Positions 12,590 to 24,483 of a stretch of DNA of 64,000 nucleotides are shown piece after piece (the stretch's first letter is position 1; every line of letters starts with the position of its first letter). The stretch is from Microthyrium microscopicum (lineage: Eukaryota), in contig MU004235.1 of NCBI GenBank assembly GCA_010405405.1, positions 1,688,538 through 1,752,537 on the forward strand, given 5' to 3'. The notes under the pieces are model-generated. The model was not told the origin of the DNA. It was given only the letters and a program-made list of their open reading frames with translations, and searched no databases. The position numbers and the translations under genes are program-made.

Positions 12590-14150
12590 TAACGATAGGT
12601 GTTCTTTTGTCATCTAAATATTAGCCTACTACTTTTTAATAGAATTACGAAGTTTAGACAAAATAAACTTATTTATAGACTTATTAAATCGTATAAACTA
12701 AGCAAGATCTTTCTCTTAAAGGAAGAGAGGTCGTATAAAGTAAGTCTATATTACTTTAAATACCTTTTAGACTTCTAAAAACAAAGGATTACCTATATCT
12801 TTAATATTAATGTTAGTAATCTTCTTAAAGGCCTAAGCTTTAAAGTCTTTTAACTCGTTAGTAATATTAGTATTAAGGCATATCTTTAGATATAGGTAAT
12901 TAACCTTTACAATCGCTATAAAAGATATAAGTACTAATAAGGATCTAAGGTAATTATAGATAATAATTCTAGCTCTAGAACTACTATTAGATAGTATAGT
13001 TATTTAATAAACTTACTATTATTAAATTATATCGTAAATTGCTATAGAAAGTCTTTTAATACTAACATTTAGAGTTATGTTAGCTTATTCTATAGCCTAA
13101 ATAGTAAGCAATTCCTTATCTATAGAGTAGTAGTTATAGCTCCTATTATTTTAGTAAGCCCTCTTTTTATAGTAAGGATAGATTTAGTATTTATAGGCGT
13201 ACTTATCTATTAATAGCTTTAACTTCTTTAGTACTCTATCGTCTAGAATATTATTACTATTAGTAGTATTTTAAGAGGTATTTTAATCGCTAGTTAAGCT
13301 AGCAAGATTAGTTTAGGTACCTTCTAGATAGCAACTCTATAGTTCTTGCGCTATAGTAGAAGTTAAAGATCTAATAATATTATTAGATCCTATAGTAGCA
13401 ATAGATACTTTAAAGGATAAGACTAAGATAAATAAGAGTTAATAATTATAATAAATATTCTACTAGCTACTAAGTTTGGCGTTAAGAGGGTTAAATTAAT
13501 TAGCTTCTTCTAGTAGAGGGTACTTAAGTAAAGAATAGGCAAAATCTAGTAAGATCTTTCTTAGGGTTACTACTATTAAAGAGTAGATTAAAAGCTTTAA
13601 AGATATAGAATATTTATAGTAAGGATAGCCTTTACTTATAAAATAACGCTTTTTCTTGCTTATAACTTTCTTATAGGCTAGACAAAGAGTTCTAAAGGTA
13701 TAGATATATTTATAATAAAATTCCTTATTTAAAATAACTTCCTTCCCTTATAATCTAACTAAGTATTTTATTATAATATTAAAAATAAGAAAAGAATTTA
13801 TTATAGCGTTCTTAGTATCTAATTAGTTAAATTTAAGGACCTTTAGAAGTTGAGATTCCTAAAGTACTAGAGACTTAGAATATTATATTTTTACTACTTT
13901 AACTTAAGTACTTAAAGAAGATTAAGGAAATAAAAGAGGGTAGCTATAGCTAGTAGTAAGAGTTAAAGGAATAATAGTAGTAGAGGCTTATATAGTAGCG
14001 TTAGCAATAGTGAGAGCACTAGGCCTCTTTTTATAGTAGCTCTAACGAGTAAAAATAATAGTATTTTTAGCTTTATAACCTATCTAGAGCAATAGTAAGG
14101 TTAAATTATAATAAAATTTAATAAAGGAATAATAAAGTTATAATAATAGA
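12590..14150 (-). pseudogene. RIPed second (cargo/accessory) ORF of the Tc1-type element with a Cys/His putative Zn-binding motif
   Basis: The minus frame at about 13240-13030 reads DKYAYKY*IYPYYKKRAY*NNRSYNYYSIDKELLTI*AIE*AN, which reverts by transitions to YACKHRICPHHEKGACWNDGSHNHH..LLTVWAMEWAN. The N-terminal part is Pro/Ser-rich and the C-terminus looks helical. Boundaries approximate. Confidence 0.6.
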
Positions 14151-14155
14151 AGAAT

Positions 14156-14317
14156 TGTTATGGGTTAGATAACGAAGAGACAAGTTATATTGTGAGCCTG
14201 CTAAATAGGAAGGTAACTTAGAGAGAAAGAAGAGTTAAGAGACTCTTTAATTGAGGTATTTATATATAATAGGGGTAGCTTAAATGGGCATAGCTTTAGG
14301 GGGTTTAATCCTTAATA
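14156..14317 (-). repeat. 3' LTR of the Gypsy element
   Basis: Starts TG on + and is a direct repeat of 21574-21735, with 15 differences by my count, all transitions. Confidence 0.93.
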
Positions 14318-14827
14318 TTACCTCTCTCGTCCAAAAAATTCTAGCTAAAATACTAAGTTAATCATAAGATCTTAATTTTATCTAGCTATGTTTAACGCTT
14401 GCTATTCTTATAGTTTGTAATAGAGCTTTTATTTATAACGTATAGATTTATGCGTTTACTTTTGGGTATAAAATATAAAGCTTAGGTTATTAACTATTAG
14501 TTCTATACTAGTGTTTTATCTATTTTAGACTAAATTCTAGGTATAAGGCCCCTTTCTTAGCGTATAATGTTAGTTCTTTTTAGTTATAATTTTATAAAGG
14601 TTGCTTAATTAGTAAGTTATCTTATTTATACTTAGTTAGAGCTCTATTATAATATTAAGGAATAAGATTAAAAGAACGTAACTATGGTTAAGTCACTATG
14701 CTTTTACCTATACGTTTAGAGGGTATAAAGTAATATTGTTTCGTAGAGTTAACTATTCTTTCTTTATTATACTTTAAATAAGCTTCTTCTTTTTTAATTA
14801 GTCCTTATTAAGTTTCTTTTTCCTTGC

Positions 14828-14870
14828 TTAATTAATTAATTAATTAATTAATTAATTAATTAATTAATTA
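14828..14870. repeat. (TTAA)n microsatellite inside the retroelement 3' region
   Basis: About 10 tandem TTAA units are directly visible. Confidence 0.9.
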
Positions 14871-17800
14871 GGTAAGTTGTTTATTATAGTGGCTATAGCC
14901 TTGCTAACTATATAGAGATAGCTACCCTAATTATTAACGCTTTTAACAATATTGTTAGCTTTAATAGTTATATCCTTATTACTATTGCCCCTTCTTATAT
15001 ATACGTTATTAATTATAATGCTTCTTAACCTTATTTGCTTACTATATATAAGGTAGCTATGCGTAAGGCTTGCTAGAACGATATAAATAAGGGCCTTTAC
15101 CTTCTTAACTAAGTCTTACTTTGTTATTAGAATAATATTATTTATAACCCTTATCTCTATCTGCTAACTACTCTCTAATATAAGAAGGTGTATATAGTTA
15201 TTAACTATTATAATCTATAAAATTGTGCTTTATTTAAGGTACTTTGTATTAATTAAATTATATATACTTCTCTAGCTTTTCTTAATTTATGCTAACATAT
15301 TTATAGAGTAAAGCTCTTTATACTATAGCTAACTATCCTTCTAACTTTTTTAATAAGTATCTTAACTTATTAAATGCCTTCTCTAAGGGGTTTACTAATA
15401 ATTTATAGCTTAACGTTTATAGCATTATAATTCGTTAGAGCTCCCTTAGCACGATTTAGTTAACTAGTAGCTAGGCTAGTTATTTTAAAGCCTTAGGTAT
15501 TTATTATATAAGTATCCTATAATTCTTTACTAAAAATAAGCAGAATAAGACTTATAAGGAGTAGCGTTATACTTATTGCGTTAGCTATTCTAATTTAAAG
15601 AATTAGCTACGATATATAGGTTACGTTTAGCTTTTAAGATTTTATAATAATATATATTTAAACTACGTCTATAATAATAATATTAGCTTAGGTAAGAAGT
15701 ATCTTTATAATAATAAGGAGGAGGTTACTAAGGAGAATAAGAATCCTCTATTATTAACTATCTACTTTAGTCTTCTTATGCCCTAAGGCACTACTTAAGT
15801 TTATCTTCCTTAGTAGTAGAGGTTTGTTAAGTATGTCTTATTTTTTTAGTTTTTTCATATTTTTGTAATTTTCTAGTTTTATTTAGTAAGAAAGGGAGTC
15901 TTAGTATAGATAAAAGAAAAGTATTTCTATGCATAGGTTATAGATAGTACCTTTAATTATATTTCTATAAAGTTAATTACTATGATAAGAGGGCTAGTTT
16001 TTAATCTTAGTTATACTTAAAGAATAGACTAGTTTAGTACTAATCTTCTATAATTATCTTATATATACTTTATCTTCTCTATTTACTTTACGTAGGCTTC
16101 TAACTATTTAATAAAGTTAATTAGTTCTTTCGTTATATCTAGATAACCTACCTATTTAATAATATAAATTATATAGAGTTTACCCTTTATTATCTTCTTA
16201 TATTTTTTAGCTATAATCTTCTCTATTAGCTACTCCTTTTGTTCTTCTTCGTCTAAGTTCTTAACTAAGATTAGTAGTAAATAAGAATTATTAGCGTCTT
16301 AACTTAGGAATAAGTCGTTTATTACTAGTCTAAGTAGGTTAACGTAGAATTTCTTAGTTCTCTATGGCGTATTTAGTATAATTATATATAAGCTTACTAT
16401 CTTTATAACTTAGAACTTAGAGTAATAGTAATTAAACTTCTTCTTTACTTATTTAGTCTTAGTATTCTTTAGGTCTAGCTAGACTTAATTGCTAACTTTA
16501 TACTTAGGCGTTTAGATCCTTATTTAGTTAGCTTATTTCTATATCCTTTCTTAGGTAAGGGTTATAGTATCTTAAGCCTATTTTATAGCTTTTAAAATTA
16601 TATAAGTAGCTTCTTTCTTTCTCTTTTTTAGAGTATTCTTCTATTTAAATAAGGGAGCTTACTTAGAGAAGTTTAGGAAGATAGAGTTCTTAAAGCTATA
16701 AGATAGAAAGAAGAATAAGAGTTTTGTTATAAACGAGCGTTACGAGTTAAGCATAAGTTAAAGTATTAGCATTAGTGAGAACTAGTTTAATTATATATAA
16801 TTTATATATATTTATACTTTGGTTTTAATGTCTAAGTTTTATCGTTCTATAGAGCTATCTATTTAGGGGTAAAATGTAGTTAATAGCTATAGCTCTATTC
16901 GTAGTAGTATATAGAACTTTGTCTAGAAGTTTCTTATAAATGCTAGGTTATAATCGTAGATAATTATATTAGGAATATTATAGAGGGAATAAACGTATTA
17001 TAAGAAAATAGCTATAATGTCTTTAGCTTCTTTTTGAGTAAGGGGGATTAGGATTACTTCTTTACTTAGCTAATTAGTAATAACTATTAAGATTATGTAT
17101 TTATTTAATAGAGGAAGGTTAGTTATAAAATTTATAGATAGTTCTTACTATTATTAGCTTAGGATAGGTAAAGGCTTTAGGAAGCTTCTTTTCTGCTTAT
17201 AACTAACCTTTAATTAGCTATATATATTATAATTTCTTATAAAACGCTTTATATTGGTTATAATTCTAGGCTAGAAGAAGTATAGCTATAGAGCTTAGTA
17301 AGTACCTTTATAGCTAGGATAGCTTTAGGTTAAGGATATATAAGCTACTTATAGTATTGCTATTTATAGAGATTCTAGATTTAAGATCTATAGTTATCCT
17401 CTTTAATAAAGGTAATTCTTACTATTAATTAAGTAGTTAAGAATAGAGATCTTAATACTCATAATTAATAAAGGAAACTTTTATCTACTAGCTTTAATTA
17501 TCTAATAGGCTACTTAATAGGTATTATTAGCCTATATTGCCTTATTCTACTAGGTTACTAATAGTTTAGAAACGTTTAGTATTAGTAGTAGTAAGCTAAG
17601 GATTAGAGCTTTATTAGCTAGTAAAGTCTTTACTAATTTGTTTTTAACTATTATAGGAAGGGTAGTAATATAAATAAGTAAGGCTTATAGTAGTTTAAGT
17701 AATTAATCTCCTTAGGTATAAAGTAGTTAGAAAGTTCTAGCCTAGATCCTCTTATTAGCTATATCTTAAGGTATATCTTATTTATAATAAGAGAGACTAT

Positions 17801-20800
17801 CTACTACGCTATTCTATAGGCTTAGTTAGTACTTAATTATTATATTATACTTTATAAGTTTAATAGACTATTAGACGTGCCTTTCTATAAGCTTTTATAG
17901 TTTTATAAAATGCTTTAGGTTCTTATAATTAAATATTACTTTAAACTTCTTTATTACTTATAGCTCTAAGTTCTATTCTTCTAAAGTAAGTATAATTATA
18001 AATATCTCTTTATTATAGATTAGGTAGTTACTTTAAGCAAAGTTATACTTTTTAAAAAAATAGGCTACTAGTTAAAACTTGCTTATCTTATCCTTTTGTG
18101 CTAGTATGGTTCTTAAAGAGTAACTAGAGGAGTTAGTATAGATAAGAGTTTTTTTATTATAGTTGAATAGGGCTAGTATTTAGTTGGTAGTAAAGAGCTA
18201 TTTTAGCTCTTTAAACGTAGCTCTCTTTAGGTCTTTAAATAAGAAGGGAACGTCCTTTTAGGTAAGTTAAATAAGAGGTTTTATAATTATTTAAAAGTTT
18301 AGTATAAATCTATAATAGAAGTTAGTAAAGCTAAGGAAAGCTTAAACTCTATAAACGTTCTTAGGAGCCTCTTATTCTTAGATTGCTTTAACTTTAGCTA
18401 GGTCTATTAAGATTCCTTATTTAGCCTTAATAATATAGCCTAGGTATGTTGTCTAAGTAGTTATAAATTTATACTTCTAGATATTAAGGTAGAGTCTTGC
18501 TTTTTATAGCTACTTAAGGACTTTATAAACGTAGGCCTTATATTGCTTCCTAGTATTTAAGCTAAAGATTAAGATATTATCTAAGTATATAGAAATGTAG
18601 TTATCTAAGATATTTTAAAGGGTAGAGTTAATAAATCTCTAAAAGGTGCTTAGAGCATTTAATAACCTAAATAGTATTACTATCTATTTAAATAAGCTAT
18701 ATTGTGTCTAAAAGGCTATTTTCTACTTATTACTTTTATGTATTTAAATCTTATAGAATGCTTAAGATACGTTTAGCTTAGTAAACTATTGTGCCTTTCT
18801 TAAGGCGTTTAGTGTCTTATAGATAAGTAATAAGGAGTAATAGTTCTTTATAGTTAACTTATTTAACACGTAGTAGTTATAATAAAATAAAATTAATCTA
18901 TCTGCTTTGTAAATAAAGAGAACTAGTGCTTTAGTAGGTAAGTTACTTACTTAAATAAACTTGCTTTCTAGTAGATTATTAAGGATTCTTCTAAGGGCTA
19001 GTAATTTGTCTTAATTTATAGGGTATAATATTTACTAAGGTAACTAAGGTTTCTTTCTATTAGCGTTTAGGATTAGGTTAATCTTATAGTTTATAGAAGG
19101 GCCTTAGATAGGTAGCTATTTATTAGCTAGCTCTCTTTAAAAGAGGTTAAGGTAATCTGAATACTATTTAGAAAGCTTCCTATAAGGGTTAATATGCTTC
19201 TTTGGAGTAAGGGCTTTTTATAAGTTGTAAAGACTTATAGTAAAGACTTATATAATTAGTATTAAGCTTTCTTAAGATTGTCTTGCCTACTTTTTGGCTT
19301 ATTAGGTAAGTATTCTAAATGCTATAGCCCTAATTGCTACGTGGTTATACTTCTTTTAAGGAGTCTTTAGACTTATAACTATATAACTTATTTTGTTAAA
19401 GACTAGCTTCTTAGGTTTTATATAGAGAATAATATCCTATTTCTTTATTTAAGGTAGGTTAAGGATTATATTATAGCCTAAGGTCTCTTTTATTATAAAG
19501 GCTTAAATAGTTTTTTTATAGCTTTTAATGTTAATCTTTATAATTGCTATTTTGCGAATTTCTTTAGCTTTATTATTTATTTCTTTAATAGGAATCGCCT
19601 AAGGTAGTAGTATGCGTTTAAGTTTATGTCTTTAGGTAAAGTAGAGACTTATAAGGGAATAGGTTAAGTAGCTATTATTAATAAAGCCTATATATAAAGA
19701 AAGTTAATTTACTATTAAAGGTATTAAAAAGGGCTTTATAACTATATTCTAAGTAAAGAACTTTTGACGTTATCTTAAAATAATATTTTTATAATTTTCT
19801 AGCTTAGTATTACGTCTTTAATCTAAGCTTGCTAGTTTTTTAATTCTATATTAGTAATGTTATATAGATTATTATAAGGGTTATTGTTTCTTAGCTAAGT
19901 AGTAGTAGCCCTTACTAGCTAGCTATTTTAGGGGACGTTTAGAGCATTAGTAGTACTAGCTTAGAATCTACTAGTATTGTTTTATAGGCGTCTACCTTTA
20001 GTAGTGCTTTCTCTACTTTATCCTTATCTATAGCTAGCCTAGCCGTAGGAGAAATTCTGACTTCTAGACGATGCTTAGGGCACCTATTTGTAATTTTGAA
20101 TCTTATAATTAGCTAAGCTATAGTAAAAATAAAGGTTATTTTGCTTATAGTAGTTACGTTAGGCTTGGCTAGCTTTAACTTAAACGCCTTTTATTACGTT
20201 TAGGTTCTAATTCCTAGATAGTTAACTTTGCTAAGTATTTATTTTAGCGCTTAGGCCTTTTAAGCTATAATAGCTTATATAGGCTTAAACTATTTAATCC
20301 TAGGTCTTTAAAGCTTCTTAGGTAAAGGTATCTAAATTATTAGGCTAAGGGTAAGTAATTAGAGCTATCTTAAGACTAAAATCTATAGCGTTTTCTAAGA
20401 ACTATATTTAGATAGAGGCAGCCTAAAATTATGCTTTAGTATAGATAAGGTACTGCTAAAACTTAGCCTAAAAGATTCTCTATTCTCTATCTTTTTGTTA
20501 AATTCTTTAAAGGTTTACTAAAGCTCTTATTTTTTCGTATAGGTTATAGAAGAGAAGGTCTATCTATTTTATAAACTTATTAAAACTTATAATATTATAG
20601 CTAGTAGGATTCTAAATCTAGGGAAGGACTTATTAGGCGGCGTCTCTTATAAGCTAGCTAAATATATAGTAGATTTAGGCGTAGTTATCTACGTAAATCT
20701 ATTTATTAATGTGTAATTTTGCTTTAATTATTTGGTAAAAACTAGGATAAAGGGTTAGGTTCTTATATAAATATCGTTCTAAGTTTAGGAGAGCTAGTTA

Positions 20801-21573
20801 AAGGTTTTATAGTAGTAGTTAAAGTAGCTTATATTAGGCGGCTAGAGGATTTATTAGAAGAGGTAGAGGAGGGGCTACTAATCTAGCTATTATGATTAGA
20901 GTCTAAGGAGGATTAGCTTATAAAATTAGAGGAGGGTAATAGCTATAGTTAGAGGTTTCTTTAGCAAAGGGTATAGCTAGTGTTGAAGAAAGAGTTATGC
21001 TAGGCGTTATAGATTCCCTTTAGAGTTATTCTTATTTCTGCTACTACTATTAGGTTAGCGTCTTGTGGGTAGTATTGTTTACTTATTGTGTAAGGATCTT
21101 GCCACTAGCGCAAATATTGGCAAGCTATTTGTTTTGGCTGTTAACTTAGGCTTAGAGTTTAGCATAGACTACTATAATCTATTGTATATTCTTATTTAAT
21201 TATGTATGAATTTTGCTAGTTAACTTGTTTAGTTATTATAAGGCTTATTTGTAATTAGTAGTAGTTATACGTAATTATGAGATAGATGAATTGAGCGTAT
21301 TATTAAGTAGTAAAATGCTATTTATTATTTGTTATAAGCTATTATTAGTTGCTTCTTAGGATGCATCTAAGTAGTTCTATAGCTTCGTCTATTGTTGGTT
21401 GATATACGTAAAGTACGCTTCTACGTTCTTGCGAGTAAAGCCCTTAGAGGACGTTTCTCTATCTCGTTTGGTAGTCATTAGGTAAGAAGGATCTTAGTCT
21501 GCTATTCTAGCTGTTTATTAATGGATGGAGAGGGAGTAGGTAAAAAAGAGGGGTTGGTTTTAAAGTTACTTAA

Positions 21574-21735
21574 TATTATGGGTTAGATAATAAAGAGATA
21601 AGTTATATTATAAGCCTGCTAAATAGGAAGATAACTTAGAGAGAAAGAAGAGTTAAAAGACTCTTTGATTGAGGTGTTTATATATAATAGGGGTAGCCTG
21701 AATGGGCATAGCTTTAGGGGGTTTAACCCCTAACA
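21574..21735 (-). repeat. 5' LTR of the Gypsy element
   Basis: Ends CA on +, is followed by the TSD AGAAT, and contains TATATATAAA on the minus strand. Confidence 0.93.
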
Positions 21736-22234
21736 AGAATTAGCTAAATAATATATCTTAATACTAGAATTATATATGTTTTTTAAGAATTATCTCTTAA
21801 AATACTATAATAGAAGATTAGATACTATAGTAGAATATTAGATATTCTTAGATTAGTAGACTAGAAGAAGCTAATTATTATAGTTACTAAAATACTAACT
21901 TTTAGTATCCTAATGCTATAAACTAGCACTAAAATCCTTAGTTACTATTTAGGCTATTTTATAACTAGAGTTTCATATATTTTAGTTTTATAGGCTATTT
22001 TGCATATAATTAGTAGAAATCCTAAAATTACGCCATTTTATGCTAGCACGGGCAAGGGAGAGAGATAGCACTTTTCGCAATTGAGTGTAATGATGAGGCT
22101 CAAAAAAGTAACGGGCAGGATTACGTCAACCTGATGATTTTCTTTCCTGGAACCGTTCTTTCCAATGGTAGCAGCATGTAGATGATGGTGTACCTGGATC
22201 TACTCATAGGTTCGAGCGGCTTCTTTAAGGGATC

Positions 22235-24016
22235 ATGTCTTCGTCTCAGCCTGATGGCGATGACTCGGACTTGATGATAAGCGCGGCTCGACCCACAGGC
22301 ATCGCTCAAGAGACTACTTTCAATAGTCGAAATGGAGACTCGAGTACCCAGGCCATAAAGTTGATTCACAACACCACCACCAACGATGAACATGTCCGAA
22401 GGGAACTAATCGCCCATGGCTTCCTCATCAATGGAGAAGGGATTGTAACCTGGAGTGGAGGTCACCCACGACACCCTAGAAACTGGAATGTCAAGAGAAA
22501 GATATACGATACAGGGACAATGATCATGTTCGAATTATTTGGAACAACTATAAGTAACACCGGGGTCCGTCTCCCCTCCCTTTCGAGCCAGAACCTAGAG
22601 CCTTCAAACAGTTAACAACAAACATAGTCGTTGACGGCCCTCGATGCATATAAGCGATTCAATATAAGCAAAGACTTGGCCTTATTCGCATTCGCCTCCA
22701 CGTACCTGATCGGCCAGGCCATTGGAGCTATTCTATTCCCGCAATATACAGAATCATATGGTAGAAAACCAACATATCTCGCGTCTGCTGTTGTTTTCAC
22801 ACTTGCCAACGTTGTTGTTGGAGCTTCAGACAACCTGGCTGGCATAATCATAGGACGATTTGTGTCTGGCCTAATGTCCGCAATTCCAGGTAGTGTCCTT
22901 AGTGGAAGCATTGAAGACTTGTGGGGTATCCAGGCTCGCATATGGGTCGTTGATATTTGGGTTCTTGCGTCTGTTCTGGGTATTGGTATCGCCCCATCGT
23001 TCGCAATTGGAATTGGCGCTTCTCGATTAGGGTGGTGAAGTTCTCTCAACCAACTATATAGGTTAGTCTTACTAACATATTGGTAGGCAATGGGTGTACC
23101 ATTTCGCAGCTATTGGCGCCGCTGTGATAACAATTGCAATATTCTTCATCAAAGAGAGTCGACCAAGTCGAGTGCTCAAGGCCGCTATTCAGTCACTGGT
23201 TACGCTTCCCCCGTCCTCCAGTATCAAGGTCGAGGATGACGACTCGATGCCATCGTTCTCGGCTTTTGTGCATACTGGGTTGTTCAAACCGCTCCATATC
23301 TTCTGCACTGAGCCTTTTCTTGTCATTGTAACACTCATGTCAGCCACTGCATACTCATGTGCATATCTATTGCCCGAAGCGCTTCCGAGTGTATATGCAG
23401 GCTTTGGCTACGCACCAACGCAAAGCGGCCTTGTTTATCTGTATATGTGCGTTGGTGGTGTGCTAGCAATACTAGTTCGCGTCTGGGATATTCGCATCAG
23501 TCATCGACGTCTACAGCAAGGAAAGGAGCTGGTAAGTTCTATCAGAAAGGAAGCATGGCCCTAACACGACAGCTAACAGCTAGTACTTAGACCCCAGAAG
23601 ACAAACTTCTTGGCTTCTACATCGCTGCACCACTTCTAACAGCCGCGTTCTGGTGGTTTGCGTGGACCATTCCACCATACGCAGCCTCATTTTCGCCCGT
23701 CGTTTCATCACTGGCAATAATTCCTATGGGATTCGCCATCAATGAGTTTGATTATGTACTTACGGGATACATTGTCGATACTTATACATCAGTTGCTGGC
23801 TCAGCATGTGCACCGCTTGGCTTTCTAAGGGCAATACTGAGTGCTGTGTTTCCAATAGTTGGCGAAAAGATGTTTGAGAGGATGGATAATAACGTCGCAG
23901 CGAGTATACTAGCCATCAATGCGACGGCATACTTGGGAATTGCTGTTGCCTTCTACTTCTTCGCGAACTCATTTAGAAAAGCGAGTCCTTGGGTGCGGAG
24001 AGAGGCAGAGAAGTAG
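22235..24016 (+). CDS. MFS multidrug/polyamine transporter, DHA1 family; 4 exons
   Basis: Motifs HPRHPRNWNVKRK, FPQYTESYGRKPTY, IIIGRFVSGL, GSIEDLW, IKESRP, PLHIFCTEP, TPEDKL and GYIVDTY, with many hydrophobic helices. Introns at about 22565-22627, 23033-23086 and 23532-23591. Confidence 0.9.
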
Positions 24017-24483
24017 GTGAGGAACAGAGAGGTCATTCTGACTGTATATCCTGCGTAGAAGTTGAGAAATTTGAGATCAATATTGAACTGTAAGCTAGAG
24101 CCTAGGAGGCTGCCAGGCAGAACATGGAAATAGAACTCAAGTCCCCGAGCCTGCTCCTGGACTCCTTGATCTAATACAACGTGCAAATCAAGCGTATACC
24201 CATGTGCAATCGTTACCACCATAATTTTGTTTGTAGATTCAGGAGTTTCGTTTCATCATGCTGCCATGCATAACAATGCTATGGCGATCACCACGTTCTT
24301 TTGAATAATGACAGCCTAGCTATATGAAAGAGGAGAAGTATATGTTTTCCCCTTCTGTTTCAATCTGTAGAAAGATCAAAAGTGATGTTTTATCCATGAA
24401 AAGTGAGAAAGATAAGAAACTGCTGGGTGATCGTAGTGTAACTGATATATATACGATTTTGAGCACATTTTTGGCTGTTTTAT

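Larger units (their letters stand above)
14156..21735 (-). mobile_element. RIP-inactivated Ty3/Gypsy LTR retrotransposon (chromovirus), 7.58 kb, nested in the DNA transposon
   Basis: 162-bp LTRs and a 5-bp TSD AGAAT (14151-14155, 21736-21740). Minus-strand remnants in Gypsy order: CCHC knuckle (about 20080-20160), protease GFINNSY (DNGC-type, about 19680), RT YLDNILI (YLDD, about 18580), RNase H region, integrase TFYP*IDSSIER (HPQTDGSTER, about 16870), chromodomain IK*VGY (about 16150). Purine tract next to the 3' LTR. Confidence 0.93.
10815..22087 (+). mobile_element. RIP-inactivated Tc1/IS630-mariner DNA transposon (about 3.7 kb without the nested retroelement)
   Basis: About 100-bp imperfect terminal inverted repeats (CACTTGATTGCGAAAAGTGCTG... 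/ ...AGCACTTTTCGCAATTGAGTG) and TA on both sides (10813-10814, 22088-22089). Extreme AT/TpA enrichment with sharp borders. Confidence 0.92.
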
